A DNA stretch of 64,000 nt. Origin: a virus. Taxonomy: Duplodnaviria; Caudoviricetes. Each line of letters starts with the position of its first letter. Within the stretch, counting starts at the first letter, position 1. Below are positions 45,902 to 55,119 of this stretch, piece after piece. Both the position numbers and the translations under genes were made by a program. The DNA is taken from positions 1-64,000 of the IMG/VR virus record IMGVR_UViG_3300046786_000304; one strand, 5' to 3'. The notes below the pieces were generated by a model. That model saw nothing but the letters and a program-made list of their open reading frames with translations, had not been told where the DNA came from and ran no database searches.

Positions 45902-46959
45902 TTTTTTAATATGTTTTCTTTGTTTAACTTATCATTGACATAAAGAGTTGTGTTTTCTTGACTGCCGCATGTATTCAAACAAGTAATAAGATTTCCATTT
46001 TCCACTGTATCATTCCATTTGGAACTTATATTATACTGTTTATTTAAAACGTAGTCAACTGAATGCAAGTTCAAATCAAAATCTTCAAGGTTGTAATTTT
46101 TTCTTAGACTCCATGTACCCGGACTATCATGAGTATGCGTACCCAAATAACAACATGGCATTAATAATCCATTTGCTGCCAAGTATACTTCGCTTCTTTC
46201 TAAACTTTTACATGTTATTTTGTTTTTGTTTAATACCAAATAATTATTAATATTAAAATCGTATAGTGTAATTGGCGAATGTTCTTCTTTGCCAACATTG
46301 GTATGTCTGTATTGTTCTTGTAACGGAGGTTCCAATGTGTCAACATGTTCTCCGTCTACCATTACTTTAAAATCTTTTTTGCCTCTAAACTTTTGAGTAA
46401 CTTTAAGTCTAAATTTAACACCCAGATCTTTTGCCAATTGTCTAGCAGTATCAATTTGATGTTCATTATGCTTAAACGCTATGAAGTTCCATTGTGCGTT
46501 TCCACCTGCTTCCGCAAAAGCTTTTATATTGGCATATACTTTGTCGTACTTTACGCCTATTCTATATTTTTCCAATGTTTCATTGCTAGTACCGTCTAGC
46601 GCAAAATTAATAAGCACATAGGGTCGAGCAAGGCTAGCCCACCAGTCTTCACTGCGATAGCCTCCGTTCGTGTCTATACTAACACCTTGGCACCCGTTGT
46701 CCATTAAATAATTTACATATTCGGGCAGTGATTTATTCAAACAAGGATCGCCATAAACTCCGCTAAAATACACATGGAACAATTGACTTGTAAATTCTGG
46801 TGTAAACAATTTATAAAAAATTTCCGGAGTTAAATCGCCTTCAACTAAATCCGGTTGGATATGACCCATGCCAGTATATCTACTGCACATCGGGCAACGA
46901 CTGTTACAGCGACTACTAGCTTCAACGTGAACTATTTTGATATTTTCTTTTGCTATCAT
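45898..46959 (-). CDS. Radical SAM protein, subtype B (C-terminal SPASM/Twitch)
   Basis: HVEASSRCNSRCPMC; GVYGDP; TNGG; ITC...PCCY...CLNTC. Confidence 0.92.
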   Translation of the reverse strand: MIAKENIKIVHVEASSRCNSRCPMCSRYTGMGHIQPDLVEGDLTPEIFYKLFTPEFTSQLFHVYFSGVYGDPCLNKSLPEYVNYLMDNGCQGVSIDTNGGYRSEDWWASLARPYVLINFALDGTSNETLEKYRIGVKYDKVYANIKAFAEAGGNAQWNFIAFKHNEHQIDTARQLAKDLGVKFRLKVTQKFRGKKDFKVMVDGEHVDTLEPPLQEQYRHTNVGKEEHSPITLYDFNINNYLVLNKNKITCKSLERSEVYLAANGLLMPCCYLGTHTHDSPGTWSLRKNYNLEDFDLNLHSVDYVLNKQYNISSKWNDTVENGNLITCLNTCGSQENTTLYVNDKLNKENILKK

Positions 46960-47777
46960 TTTTTAATCGTAGTCATCATTGACAGTCCGCATTTCATTGT
47001 TACTTTATTTTTTGGAAAGTTAATACCAGTATGTGCTTGGCAGCGGTCAAATACAATAATGCCGCCACGCTTCCAATTATACACGCCTTCTAATTCAAAG
47101 CCATCTAACCATTCGCGTTTGAAATGACTAAAGTACTTTTGATATGTTTCATCGTCTATGGTCTTTTTATTCCAATCAACATCCCATACTGTGCCATCAC
47201 GATGATAGCAAGGCATTCCACGATAATCACTGATAGTATAAAACACGTTTGTTTCGTATTGCGGACTATTCTTAGCAAAATTTGTTCCGTACATTAGAAA
47301 TCTATTCTTAAAGATAGCTGTGCCGCACATGGGATTTTCTTCTTCTCTGTTAGTGTGACATACCCATAATGGGATAATAAACTGCTTACCAGGAACACTG
47401 TCGCTGTCCTTTAATGTGTTTGGATTGCCTGTGTCGATATGTAAGTTATAAGGTGTGGCTGTAATTAAGAAGTTACCTTCCCAAATTGTTTCGTTGGTTA
47501 ATTCAGGGATAACGGCTTTTAGTTTATCAAAAAACTTGTCTTGTATACGTTTGTTATCGACATTGAAATGTAATGTTCCGTTACGCTTGACTCTTCTACT
47601 ACGATGTTCACGATGCATTAAATCTTCTAACCAAATTAATTCTTCTTCATCAAATACGTTATCCACGGCATAGCTGGAATCGCTCCATGTGCTCATCCAT
47701 TTAGGATGTTCTGCTGGATCCACTGGAATAAATTGTTTTACTAGATTATCGCCAGGTACATACTCTAAGTTACTCAT
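46956..47777 (-). CDS. Putative 2OG-Fe(II) oxygenase
   Basis: PYNLHIDTG (HxD), FIIPL, WKRGGIIVFDRCQAHTG (distal His). Confidence 0.6.
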   Translation of the reverse strand: MSNLEYVPGDNLVKQFIPVDPAEHPKWMSTWSDSSYAVDNVFDEEELIWLEDLMHREHRSRRVKRNGTLHFNVDNKRIQDKFFDKLKAVIPELTNETIWEGNFLITATPYNLHIDTGNPNTLKDSDSVPGKQFIIPLWVCHTNREEENPMCGTAIFKNRFLMYGTNFAKNSPQYETNVFYTISDYRGMPCYHRDGTVWDVDWNKKTIDDETYQKYFSHFKREWLDGFELEGVYNWKRGGIIVFDRCQAHTGINFPKNKVTMKCGLSMMTTIKK

Positions 47778-48514
47778 TGCTTGTCCTTTAGTTGTTTATA
47801 TATATAGTCAGCTAATGCTTGATTAGCGTCATGATCAAAATGACCGCAAGAACCACGTTTAAAACTTTGTAACATCCAATCTATGGCATTCATTTTAGGT
47901 TTTTTATCTTCTAAGAAATTTATCATTGGTATTTTAAAACCAAGCTGTTCTTCTTCGATTGTCCCGGGCGTACAAATCATTTCCAAAAAATAATGTTCTA
48001 TACCTAACCTACTTAATAACGAACTAATCATTAACACTTTTCGATTAATAATTTCAATATCTGCGCTATTGTGGCTATACAAAGAATAATAATATTCTAA
48101 AAATTGCTTACGTCTTTTATCAACCCAATCGGCATTATCCTCAAGCTTCCATACACCTTCTGACATGTAACCCCAATCCGAGTTAACTTGTTCTTGTTTG
48201 TGTATTTCGTCTTGGCTTAAATTTAACATATTAACGGTTTCAAATCTAGATAATTCTGTTATTGTAAAAATAATAATCGAATTTTTTAAATTATCTGGAT
48301 TTTCTTTAAGGTACCTTAATAGAACTCTTTCGGATCTATAATTACTACCTCCAGGTAAGGATAAGTTGACACTATCTTTAAAATTGCCAATACGTTCTAA
48401 TTTTTTAACCCAGCTACGTTCTATACAATCATTATTGCCTAAGAAATATTCGTTATTGTAATCTCCAGCAGTATGACTACAGCCCACGCCTATTAAAATT
48501 TTATCCTCAAACAT
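47774..48514 (-). CDS. SGNH/GDSL-like protein
   Basis: GVGCSHTAG, LPGGSN, GHF...AN..LA. Confidence 0.65.
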   Translation of the reverse strand: MFEDKILIGVGCSHTAGDYNNEYFLGNNDCIERSWVKKLERIGNFKDSVNLSLPGGSNYRSERVLLRYLKENPDNLKNSIIIFTITELSRFETVNMLNLSQDEIHKQEQVNSDWGYMSEGVWKLEDNADWVDKRRKQFLEYYYSLYSHNSADIEIINRKVLMISSLLSRLGIEHYFLEMICTPGTIEEEQLGFKIPMINFLEDKKPKMNAIDWMLQSFKRGSCGHFDHDANQALADYIYKQLKDKQ

Positions 48515-49712
48515 TTTTAAATAAATCCTTTAATACAGGAAATGTTTTGTAAAAATCAGTTTTTCTTATTTGATCTTTATGCTCTGTTCTTATCTTTAAT
48601 TTACTAAGCAACTCGTTTGATACTGGAACTTTAATAAGATTTTGCAATAATTTGATTTCATCTATCATAGTCTTTGTATCTTTATTGTCTTGAACTTGTA
48701 ATTCTAGCTGCCAATCGGCATAGTATTTTAACGCTTTTTCTTTAAGATCGTCTGGAAGATTCGCTGATCTGTAATAGTCTTTGCCATGTACTTGCATAAA
48801 ATGCATACTACCTTCGTTAATAACTCCTTCTTTGACAAAGAAATTATACAATTCCTTGGTATAAAATAAATTAAGAATAGTAACCGCAACACCTAATATT
48901 ATTTTTACATCGGGAGCATTTTTTCTTATGTACTTTAAATTACTAACAGTTTCTTCCCAATTAGCACCATAGCGTATATATTCAAATTGTTCCCATCCAG
49001 CATCTATGCTGACACTAATTCTAACATTTTTAAATTGCTTCCATAGATCAACTATGTTCTTATTACCCAAAGAGATGGTTGTTCCGTTTGTATTGTATCT
49101 TAGTGTAACATCAAATTTTTTATGTTCTATTAATAATTCTAATATTTTATACTGGTCTTTGATTAATAAAGGTTCGCCGCCAGCAAAGTACATTTCTGTA
49201 ACTGTATCAATGTGCTTTTCAAAGTATTTGATAAAATCATCCACGTCGTCGAATGCATTTTTTAAGCCGCCTTCGTTTTCTTCTTCAGCAATCCTGGAAC
49301 TATCCAATGGTTGGCAAATCAGACATTTTAAATTACAAAGATTACTGAATCTAACGTCCCATAAAAACATTTTTTCGTTGTTAATCAATTGTTCTTCGGA
49401 ATCAAAGTTATCTAATAAGTATCCGTATTTTCTATTACTTTCTAATCTGTAAGAATGATTGCCGCCGTAGTACTCGGTATCTTTACACTTATAGCATGAC
49501 TCATGTAATTCGTCTGTGACAAACGATTTTCTAAAATTAGTTAGTGTATCGTTTTTGCTTGAATAAATTTCTTCTATAGAATTGTTTACCAATTTCCCTA
49601 AAACAAAGTGATTCATGCAACAAGGATTGGCCAAGCCATTTTGCCAAATACATGAATGTACAAAAGGTAATATACAAAACCCTTTTTTATTCAAAAGTTC
49701 CTGAGAATCCAT
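48507..49712 (-). CDS. Radical SAM protein, subtype A (N-terminal Twitch)
   Basis: FCILPF...PCC...CYKC; CNLKCLIC; AGGEP. Confidence 0.92.
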   Translation of the reverse strand: MDSQELLNKKGFCILPFVHSCIWQNGLANPCCMNHFVLGKLVNNSIEEIYSSKNDTLTNFRKSFVTDELHESCYKCKDTEYYGGNHSYRLESNRKYGYLLDNFDSEEQLINNEKMFLWDVRFSNLCNLKCLICQPLDSSRIAEEENEGGLKNAFDDVDDFIKYFEKHIDTVTEMYFAGGEPLLIKDQYKILELLIEHKKFDVTLRYNTNGTTISLGNKNIVDLWKQFKNVRISVSIDAGWEQFEYIRYGANWEETVSNLKYIRKNAPDVKIILGVAVTILNLFYTKELYNFFVKEGVINEGSMHFMQVHGKDYYRSANLPDDLKEKALKYYADWQLELQVQDNKDTKTMIDEIKLLQNLIKVPVSNELLSKLKIRTEHKDQIRKTDFYKTFPVLKDLFKNV

Positions 49713-51115
49713 TATATGTCCTTGAAGATATCTTTCATCTCCGGGAAAGTTTCATAGAAACTAGTACCACGTTGCTTGTCTAATAACTCTAAGTATTCTT
49801 TCATTTCTGGTAAGCGAACACTCCAGTCTTCACTTTTAGCAAAGCGGACCATGCCACGAAGCCTATCGATTCCGTAGTCAGCATTTAACCACATCTCTTC
49901 CGTAACTTTACCTTCATGCCACTTTGGCACACCTTTTTGCCAGTTAGCTTTCCACCATGGGATAAACTCTTCGTACTTACGTTCGATTTCGTCTTTGAAC
50001 CATGCTGGCAATATCTTAACATTTAAGTGCGGTGGATGGTAAACAAAGTGATAGTTAATGCCGCCGGCACCAAATGGCCACATGTTAATCTTCTTAAAGC
50101 CATGCTCTAGTTTCCACTTTAAGAACTCTGGAATATAGTAAATATTCAATGCTTGTACAGCACAGGCAATAGTAACTTCTACGTTGTTAGGAGTTTCTTC
50201 GTCTAGCTGTCTAAATGCTTCTAAGTTTCGAGACCACTTGCTAGGATAGCGAATGTAATCGTTTCTATCTTCGATAGCGTCAACACTATAGTGATAACGA
50301 ACTAACTTAAAGTGACTCCACAATTCAAACAAATCTTCACGCCACTCTACTCCATTACTGTTATAACGAATCTCCATGTCCTTGGCATAACCACGCTTAA
50401 TACATTCTTCTAGAATAGCATAGTGTTCTTCAATGATTAAAGGTTCGCCACCGGCAAAGTAAAGCTGTTTCATGTTAGGGATCTGTTCCCATAACTGTTC
50501 CCAGAATTGAGGATTGTTTTTGTGCCAGTTATAGCTAGCACCGTTTTCCTGTCCTTTGTTACCCCATTGCATACTATCTTTTAATACAGGATTCTGTACT
50601 TGTGGATACATCTTTTGCCACTCTGGAATCCATAAGCTACTGTCGTGCGGACTACACATAACACAAGCTAAGTTACATTTAGTACCAAAGCGCATATCAA
50701 TATAAGCGATATGCGGAGGAACACTTCCATCTGGTTGCGTATCAGCAATTAGTTTATCTAAATCAACACGCTGTCGCCAATAAGCAGTTTCCCATTGACG
50801 TTTAGATTTATGTCCTTCGCGTTCTTCTTTGTAGCATTTAACACAGCTAGGGGGTTCTGTACCAGCTAACATGTGCAAACGATTGTTTTTCATATAATCG
50901 TTGTTCCATGAGCTTAAAAAGTCTGTATGATTTAAGTTAGCAGGTTTTCCGTCTGCGTTTTTTAATACACCAACTTCGCCTCCATGGATTTTATCATTTG
51001 TTGGACCTACTGAACTGGCATTAGCAGTACAGCACACACGCATATGGCCATTGGGACGAGTGCTTAAATGTACCCATGGTAGGATACAAAACGTTTTACT
51101 TGGGAGTTCTTTCAT
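49712..51115 (-). CDS. Radical SAM protein, subtype A (N-terminal Twitch)
   Basis: FCILPW...VCC...CVKC; CNLACVMC; AGGEP. Confidence 0.93.
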   Translation of the reverse strand: MKELPSKTFCILPWVHLSTRPNGHMRVCCTANASSVGPTNDKIHGGEVGVLKNADGKPANLNHTDFLSSWNNDYMKNNRLHMLAGTEPPSCVKCYKEEREGHKSKRQWETAYWRQRVDLDKLIADTQPDGSVPPHIAYIDMRFGTKCNLACVMCSPHDSSLWIPEWQKMYPQVQNPVLKDSMQWGNKGQENGASYNWHKNNPQFWEQLWEQIPNMKQLYFAGGEPLIIEEHYAILEECIKRGYAKDMEIRYNSNGVEWREDLFELWSHFKLVRYHYSVDAIEDRNDYIRYPSKWSRNLEAFRQLDEETPNNVEVTIACAVQALNIYYIPEFLKWKLEHGFKKINMWPFGAGGINYHFVYHPPHLNVKILPAWFKDEIERKYEEFIPWWKANWQKGVPKWHEGKVTEEMWLNADYGIDRLRGMVRFAKSEDWSVRLPEMKEYLELLDKQRGTSFYETFPEMKDIFKDI

Positions 51116-51120
51116 ATTAA

Positions 51121-51126
51121 TATTTA
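51121..51126 (-). promoter_or_regulatory. TAAATA box 5 nt before ATG 51115
   Basis: Built on the TAA stop of the upstream SGNH gene. Confidence 0.45.
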
Positions 51127-51876
51127 CTCAAATTGTCCTTTAATATGATTTAAAACTTGTTCTGCAACTAGCTGATGTTGTTCTTTAGACAAATGGCTAC
51201 CCAATAATCTATCTTCGCATCTTAGCATAGGCTGTATATCAAGAACGTTGGTAAATTTATCCAATGATAAAAAATTAAAATTATCAGTGGCTTCATTTCT
51301 TGAATTATATATTCCTTTTTTTCTAAATGCCAAATGTTCAGAAATATTTAAAAAGTAAAAAGGAATTCCTTTTGATTTTAGATACCCATCTAACATATAC
51401 ATATCCATGGCATCATGTAGTGTTTGGTTTTCCGTCATTGCTATCTTCAATTTTTCTGTTATGTATGCTTCGGATAGGTCAACTGGATTATGTAATTGAA
51501 TGTCACATTGTCTGCATTCATTAAATATCAACTCTCTATCCGTTGGAGATATTTGAAGATAAATGCAGTCTATTTGTGTATTACCTTCTTCTACTAGTCT
51601 TATAATATCAAAAATATTGTGTCTCATACTTTTTCCGTTCAATGAATAACACGTAGTTTTAATATTAGAGTCTAAGTCCATTATTAATTTTGGGTATGCT
51701 AGTTGTTTATTTTCAAATTGATATAAATCATAATCTATGTTAACTGTTAAACGTTTTTTAAAAAAACTGCGGACGGTGTGCTCTTCTGTGAATTTCCATG
51801 GAAAGTATTTTTCATCAGTTAATTCGTCGCCGGCTGTAAAGCTACAGCCAAAGAAATGTATATGTAAATCTCTCAT
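51124..51876 (-). CDS. SGNH/GDSL-like protein
   Basis: FFGCSFTAG, SLNGKS, SHLSKEQH..VA. Confidence 0.65.
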   Translation of the reverse strand: MRDLHIHFFGCSFTAGDELTDEKYFPWKFTEEHTVRSFFKKRLTVNIDYDLYQFENKQLAYPKLIMDLDSNIKTTCYSLNGKSMRHNIFDIIRLVEEGNTQIDCIYLQISPTDRELIFNECRQCDIQLHNPVDLSEAYITEKLKIAMTENQTLHDAMDMYMLDGYLKSKGIPFYFLNISEHLAFRKKGIYNSRNEATDNFNFLSLDKFTNVLDIQPMLRCEDRLLGSHLSKEQHQLVAEQVLNHIKGQFE

Positions 51877-52943
51877 AATACTTTATAATTTCCTATTGGT
51901 AAAACTTCTAATTTTTTAACATTACAAACTTCAGTACATCTATGAATTCTATCAGTTTTACCTATGCCATGAGTTTTTGAATTCCAACTAGTAACTAAAT
52001 CGTTTTTATAAAAATCATGTGCCAAAACTTCTTCTACTGAATGTTTGCTTAAATCATTCCAATCGTCGCCGCCGTAAGCATCGAATACTCTTTTATGTAG
52101 CACGTTTGCTTTGCCTCTGTCTAGGTTCATAAATCCGTTATGTATAAAACAACAAGGCCAAATTCTACTATCATGTCCAATGAAATACATACGTTTATTT
52201 TGATTGTTACAACTTATATCATTTTGTACTTCGTCCTCTAGTGACGAGTTAACATCGTATAGGCTACTGCTCCATGTTTCGGGAGAAGCATTAATTTCTT
52301 TTCTTTTTTGTATAACTTTCAAACCTAGTTTAGTGGCAAGACTTCTGTCATGTCTGCTCATGAATTCAACAAAGCCCATTTCAACACTTAATTTCTTTGC
52401 ATCCATTACTTGATGTTCGTTCCAAGGGAATATTAAATATTGCCATCCAGCAGTGCCTCCGGCGTCAATGAATGCCTGTGCATTTTCCATGATCTTAGAC
52501 CATGTGGTATTTTGTCTATATATATGATTAGTATCTTCCAAGCCGTCGATACTAAATTTTACCATATGTCGTTTATGTTTCTTTAAGATATGTGCCATTT
52601 TAGTCCAATAATCTTTGTTTCTCAAACTGGCATTAGTATGTATATAAATGGTGTATTTTTTATCATGCGCTTCGGCAGCAAAATCTAAAAATTCTAAGAA
52701 CTCAGGATGCATCAACGGATCATCTATAGTTCCGCAAAATTCTAATTCGCCAACAGAAGCAAAGCTTGGACTTGTTACAATTTTTTTAAATACATCAAAA
52801 CTAATATATTCTTTTTCAGGTATAACATATTTCTTTTCATTGAATGAATTTGTGTTTGTACGCACACATCCTAGACATAATGCGTTGCACATTGAACTTA
52901 GTTCAAATTGTATTTTTGCTGGGTTGTTTAAATATGTATTCAT
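51873..52943 (-). CDS. Radical SAM protein, subtype B
   Basis: FELSSMCNALCLGC; GTIDDP; TNAS; ISC...PCCF...CTEVC. Confidence 0.9.
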   Translation of the reverse strand: MNTYLNNPAKIQFELSSMCNALCLGCVRTNTNSFNEKKYVIPEKEYISFDVFKKIVTSPSFASVGELEFCGTIDDPLMHPEFLEFLDFAAEAHDKKYTIYIHTNASLRNKDYWTKMAHILKKHKRHMVKFSIDGLEDTNHIYRQNTTWSKIMENAQAFIDAGGTAGWQYLIFPWNEHQVMDAKKLSVEMGFVEFMSRHDRSLATKLGLKVIQKRKEINASPETWSSSLYDVNSSLEDEVQNDISCNNQNKRMYFIGHDSRIWPCCFIHNGFMNLDRGKANVLHKRVFDAYGGDDWNDLSKHSVEEVLAHDFYKNDLVTSWNSKTHGIGKTDRIHRCTEVCNVKKLEVLPIGNYKVL

Positions 52944-53881
52944 AATTCTTTAGGTATCATAACATCGGCGGTACACATACACCATTCAGTATGGCAAACA
53001 GTGGGCTGTTGTGTGAGTTGAACAAAATCAAAAATTGTTCCTACTTGTTTTGATTGATTACAAGCAGACTGTAAAATAATGCCGTCGGGTCGTATCAGTA
53101 TATGATCTATGCCCATATTGCATTTCCAATTTAAAAATGTATTCTTTCTATTATTGGTAAACTCGACTTCATCTAATCTGGATACACTTGTGCCGTCATT
53201 GATCCAAGTATTTCCGTAACTGTTGTTGCTAGGGGGTGGAAAATTATTATCTTTAAATATTACATTGCTGTTATTTTTTAACCATTCTAATTGTTCATTG
53301 TCATATTCATAACTAGAAGACTGCGATTCAATGCCTTTGTTACGTTCAAAAACTCTACTAGGCGCAATGGTTACTCTGTCCATTGCTTTAAATTTTTCAT
53401 AAGCATTTACAGCTTTATCCCATAATGGCGGATACATTAGTGTAAAAACGCCTACATTAGTCTGTGTTCGAATATACTCTACTTTTTCAAATAGTTCTTC
53501 GTCAATGACTGTTTCTGGATGATAACTGATTGTTATTTTGAATATCTTATGGGCATACTCATGCCACCAATCCAAACTGCGACTGCCGTTAGTGTTAACA
53601 TAGGCACACCAATTTGATTCGTGACAAAAATCAATAATAGTTTCTAGGCTAGGACTAATAGTAGGCTCGCCGCCATTTAAAAATATATGAACGCTTTTGC
53701 CCTCTAATTGCTTTTTAATATTAACTAAAAATTCTTTAATTAATACAGGGTCTTCTGTTTTACTTTTAAATACATTGGTGCCACGATGTAATGTAGGCGG
53801 GCAATAGCTACAGTGATATGTACATAATGTATTCAATGTCCAGTCGATGGTAAATCTATTTGAATCATTATAAATTTTCAT
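52940..53881 (-). CDS. Radical SAM protein, subtype C
   Basis: CTYHCSYC; NGGEPT; TNGSR; WKCNMG...AC...CHTEWCMCTAD..IPK. Confidence 0.92.
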   Translation of the reverse strand: MKIYNDSNRFTIDWTLNTLCTYHCSYCPPTLHRGTNVFKSKTEDPVLIKEFLVNIKKQLEGKSVHIFLNGGEPTISPSLETIIDFCHESNWCAYVNTNGSRSLDWWHEYAHKIFKITISYHPETVIDEELFEKVEYIRTQTNVGVFTLMYPPLWDKAVNAYEKFKAMDRVTIAPSRVFERNKGIESQSSSYEYDNEQLEWLKNNSNVIFKDNNFPPPSNNSYGNTWINDGTSVSRLDEVEFTNNRKNTFLNWKCNMGIDHILIRPDGIILQSACNQSKQVGTIFDFVQLTQQPTVCHTEWCMCTADVMIPKEL

Positions 53882-55113
53882 AAATCAACTAACCATGGGA
53901 ATGTTTCTTTCCAATTGGTTCCTCGCCGTGAATCTAATAGATTTAATTTTGTTTTTAATTTTTCTATAACTATGCTATCGTACTTTGAATTTTCTATCTC
54001 GTTGAATATTCCTTTTATGTATTCTTGTGATACATTATCGCCCTCGAATAATGCCACATTAAGTGCTAAAATTTCTTCAATAAATTTAGTGTATGTACCT
54101 GGAGGCATATGATGCGGATCATAGATAAAAGGATCTATACATTTATTGTAGTTTATATTAAAATTTTTATTACCTTTCCATTCGATTACTTTTCTAATCA
54201 AATCAGGTATATAAGGAATACTCAATGTACTAACTGTTAAATTTATTGTAGGTATGATTTCCGGGCATTCGTCGATTAGGTATTTTATATTTTCTTCAAA
54301 GGTTGCCATATCCATACCATGTCGTATGTATTCTGTAGCAGGACCCCAGCAATCAATACTACATACGAATCGTATTTCTTTTACTGTCTTAGATAGTGCT
54401 CGCAATTTTTCCATGCCACGTTTGAAGAGTAATGGCTTTACTTGCATGTTTGAATATATTTCAATGTCGCACTCTGGATTAGGGTGGGCTATCATCCAAT
54501 CAACACAGTCCCATGTTTCATTTTGAATAAAAGGCTCGCCGCCTAATAAGTCAAATGCTTTTAAACTACTGTAGTTATTTTCCATCCATGTATAAAACTT
54601 TTCTACACGCTGTTTATATTTGTCTTCTAGTTCCCATGAATTTAAATTAAGCGAGCCATTTTCATATTCATTGATTTCTTTAACCCATGCGCTACTTAGG
54701 TTCGGGCCACAATACACACATTTTAAATTACACTTATTATTAAAATGTACGCTTAACTGTGTTGGCTTAACTTTTGTTGCTGTGGGATCTTTGTATAACT
54801 CTATAGGAACATATCTAGCGTTTTCTGGCCTAGATAGGAAGTTCATTCTGTCACTCATGCCGCCTGCTAATTCTTGATCTCTACAATGCTCACAGCCTCG
54901 TCCATCTGAGGGCCATTCACTGCGTAACATTTTTTGTCTATGCTCTACAACCGGAGCAGTATTGTTGAAGTCATAGTCGTCGGGTATGTCTGCATTTTGA
55001 TTTCTGTGGCAACTACTACTTTTATTTTCCCAAAGGTATAAGCTTACTTGACTCCATTTTTGTAAACATACTGTGTTTCCTTGTGGAGGAAACCATTTTT
55101 CTACAGACATCAT
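53878..55113 (-). CDS. Radical SAM protein, subtype A (divergent N-terminal Twitch)
   Basis: VCLQKW...SCH...CEHC; CNLKCVYC; LGGEP. Confidence 0.9.
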   Translation of the reverse strand: MMSVEKWFPPQGNTVCLQKWSQVSLYLWENKSSSCHRNQNADIPDDYDFNNTAPVVEHRQKMLRSEWPSDGRGCEHCRDQELAGGMSDRMNFLSRPENARYVPIELYKDPTATKVKPTQLSVHFNNKCNLKCVYCGPNLSSAWVKEINEYENGSLNLNSWELEDKYKQRVEKFYTWMENNYSSLKAFDLLGGEPFIQNETWDCVDWMIAHPNPECDIEIYSNMQVKPLLFKRGMEKLRALSKTVKEIRFVCSIDCWGPATEYIRHGMDMATFEENIKYLIDECPEIIPTINLTVSTLSIPYIPDLIRKVIEWKGNKNFNINYNKCIDPFIYDPHHMPPGTYTKFIEEILALNVALFEGDNVSQEYIKGIFNEIENSKYDSIVIEKLKTKLNLLDSRRGTNWKETFPWLVDL

Positions 55114-55119
55114 TAATCC

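Noticed and set aside
25821-53881. Subtype-C radical-SAM proteins as viperin-like antiviral enzymes (CNYxCxYC-type motif)
   Set aside because: The motif resemblance is generic; they carry a C-terminal Cys cluster and lack recognisable viperin-specific segments. A phylogeny would be needed to revisit this.
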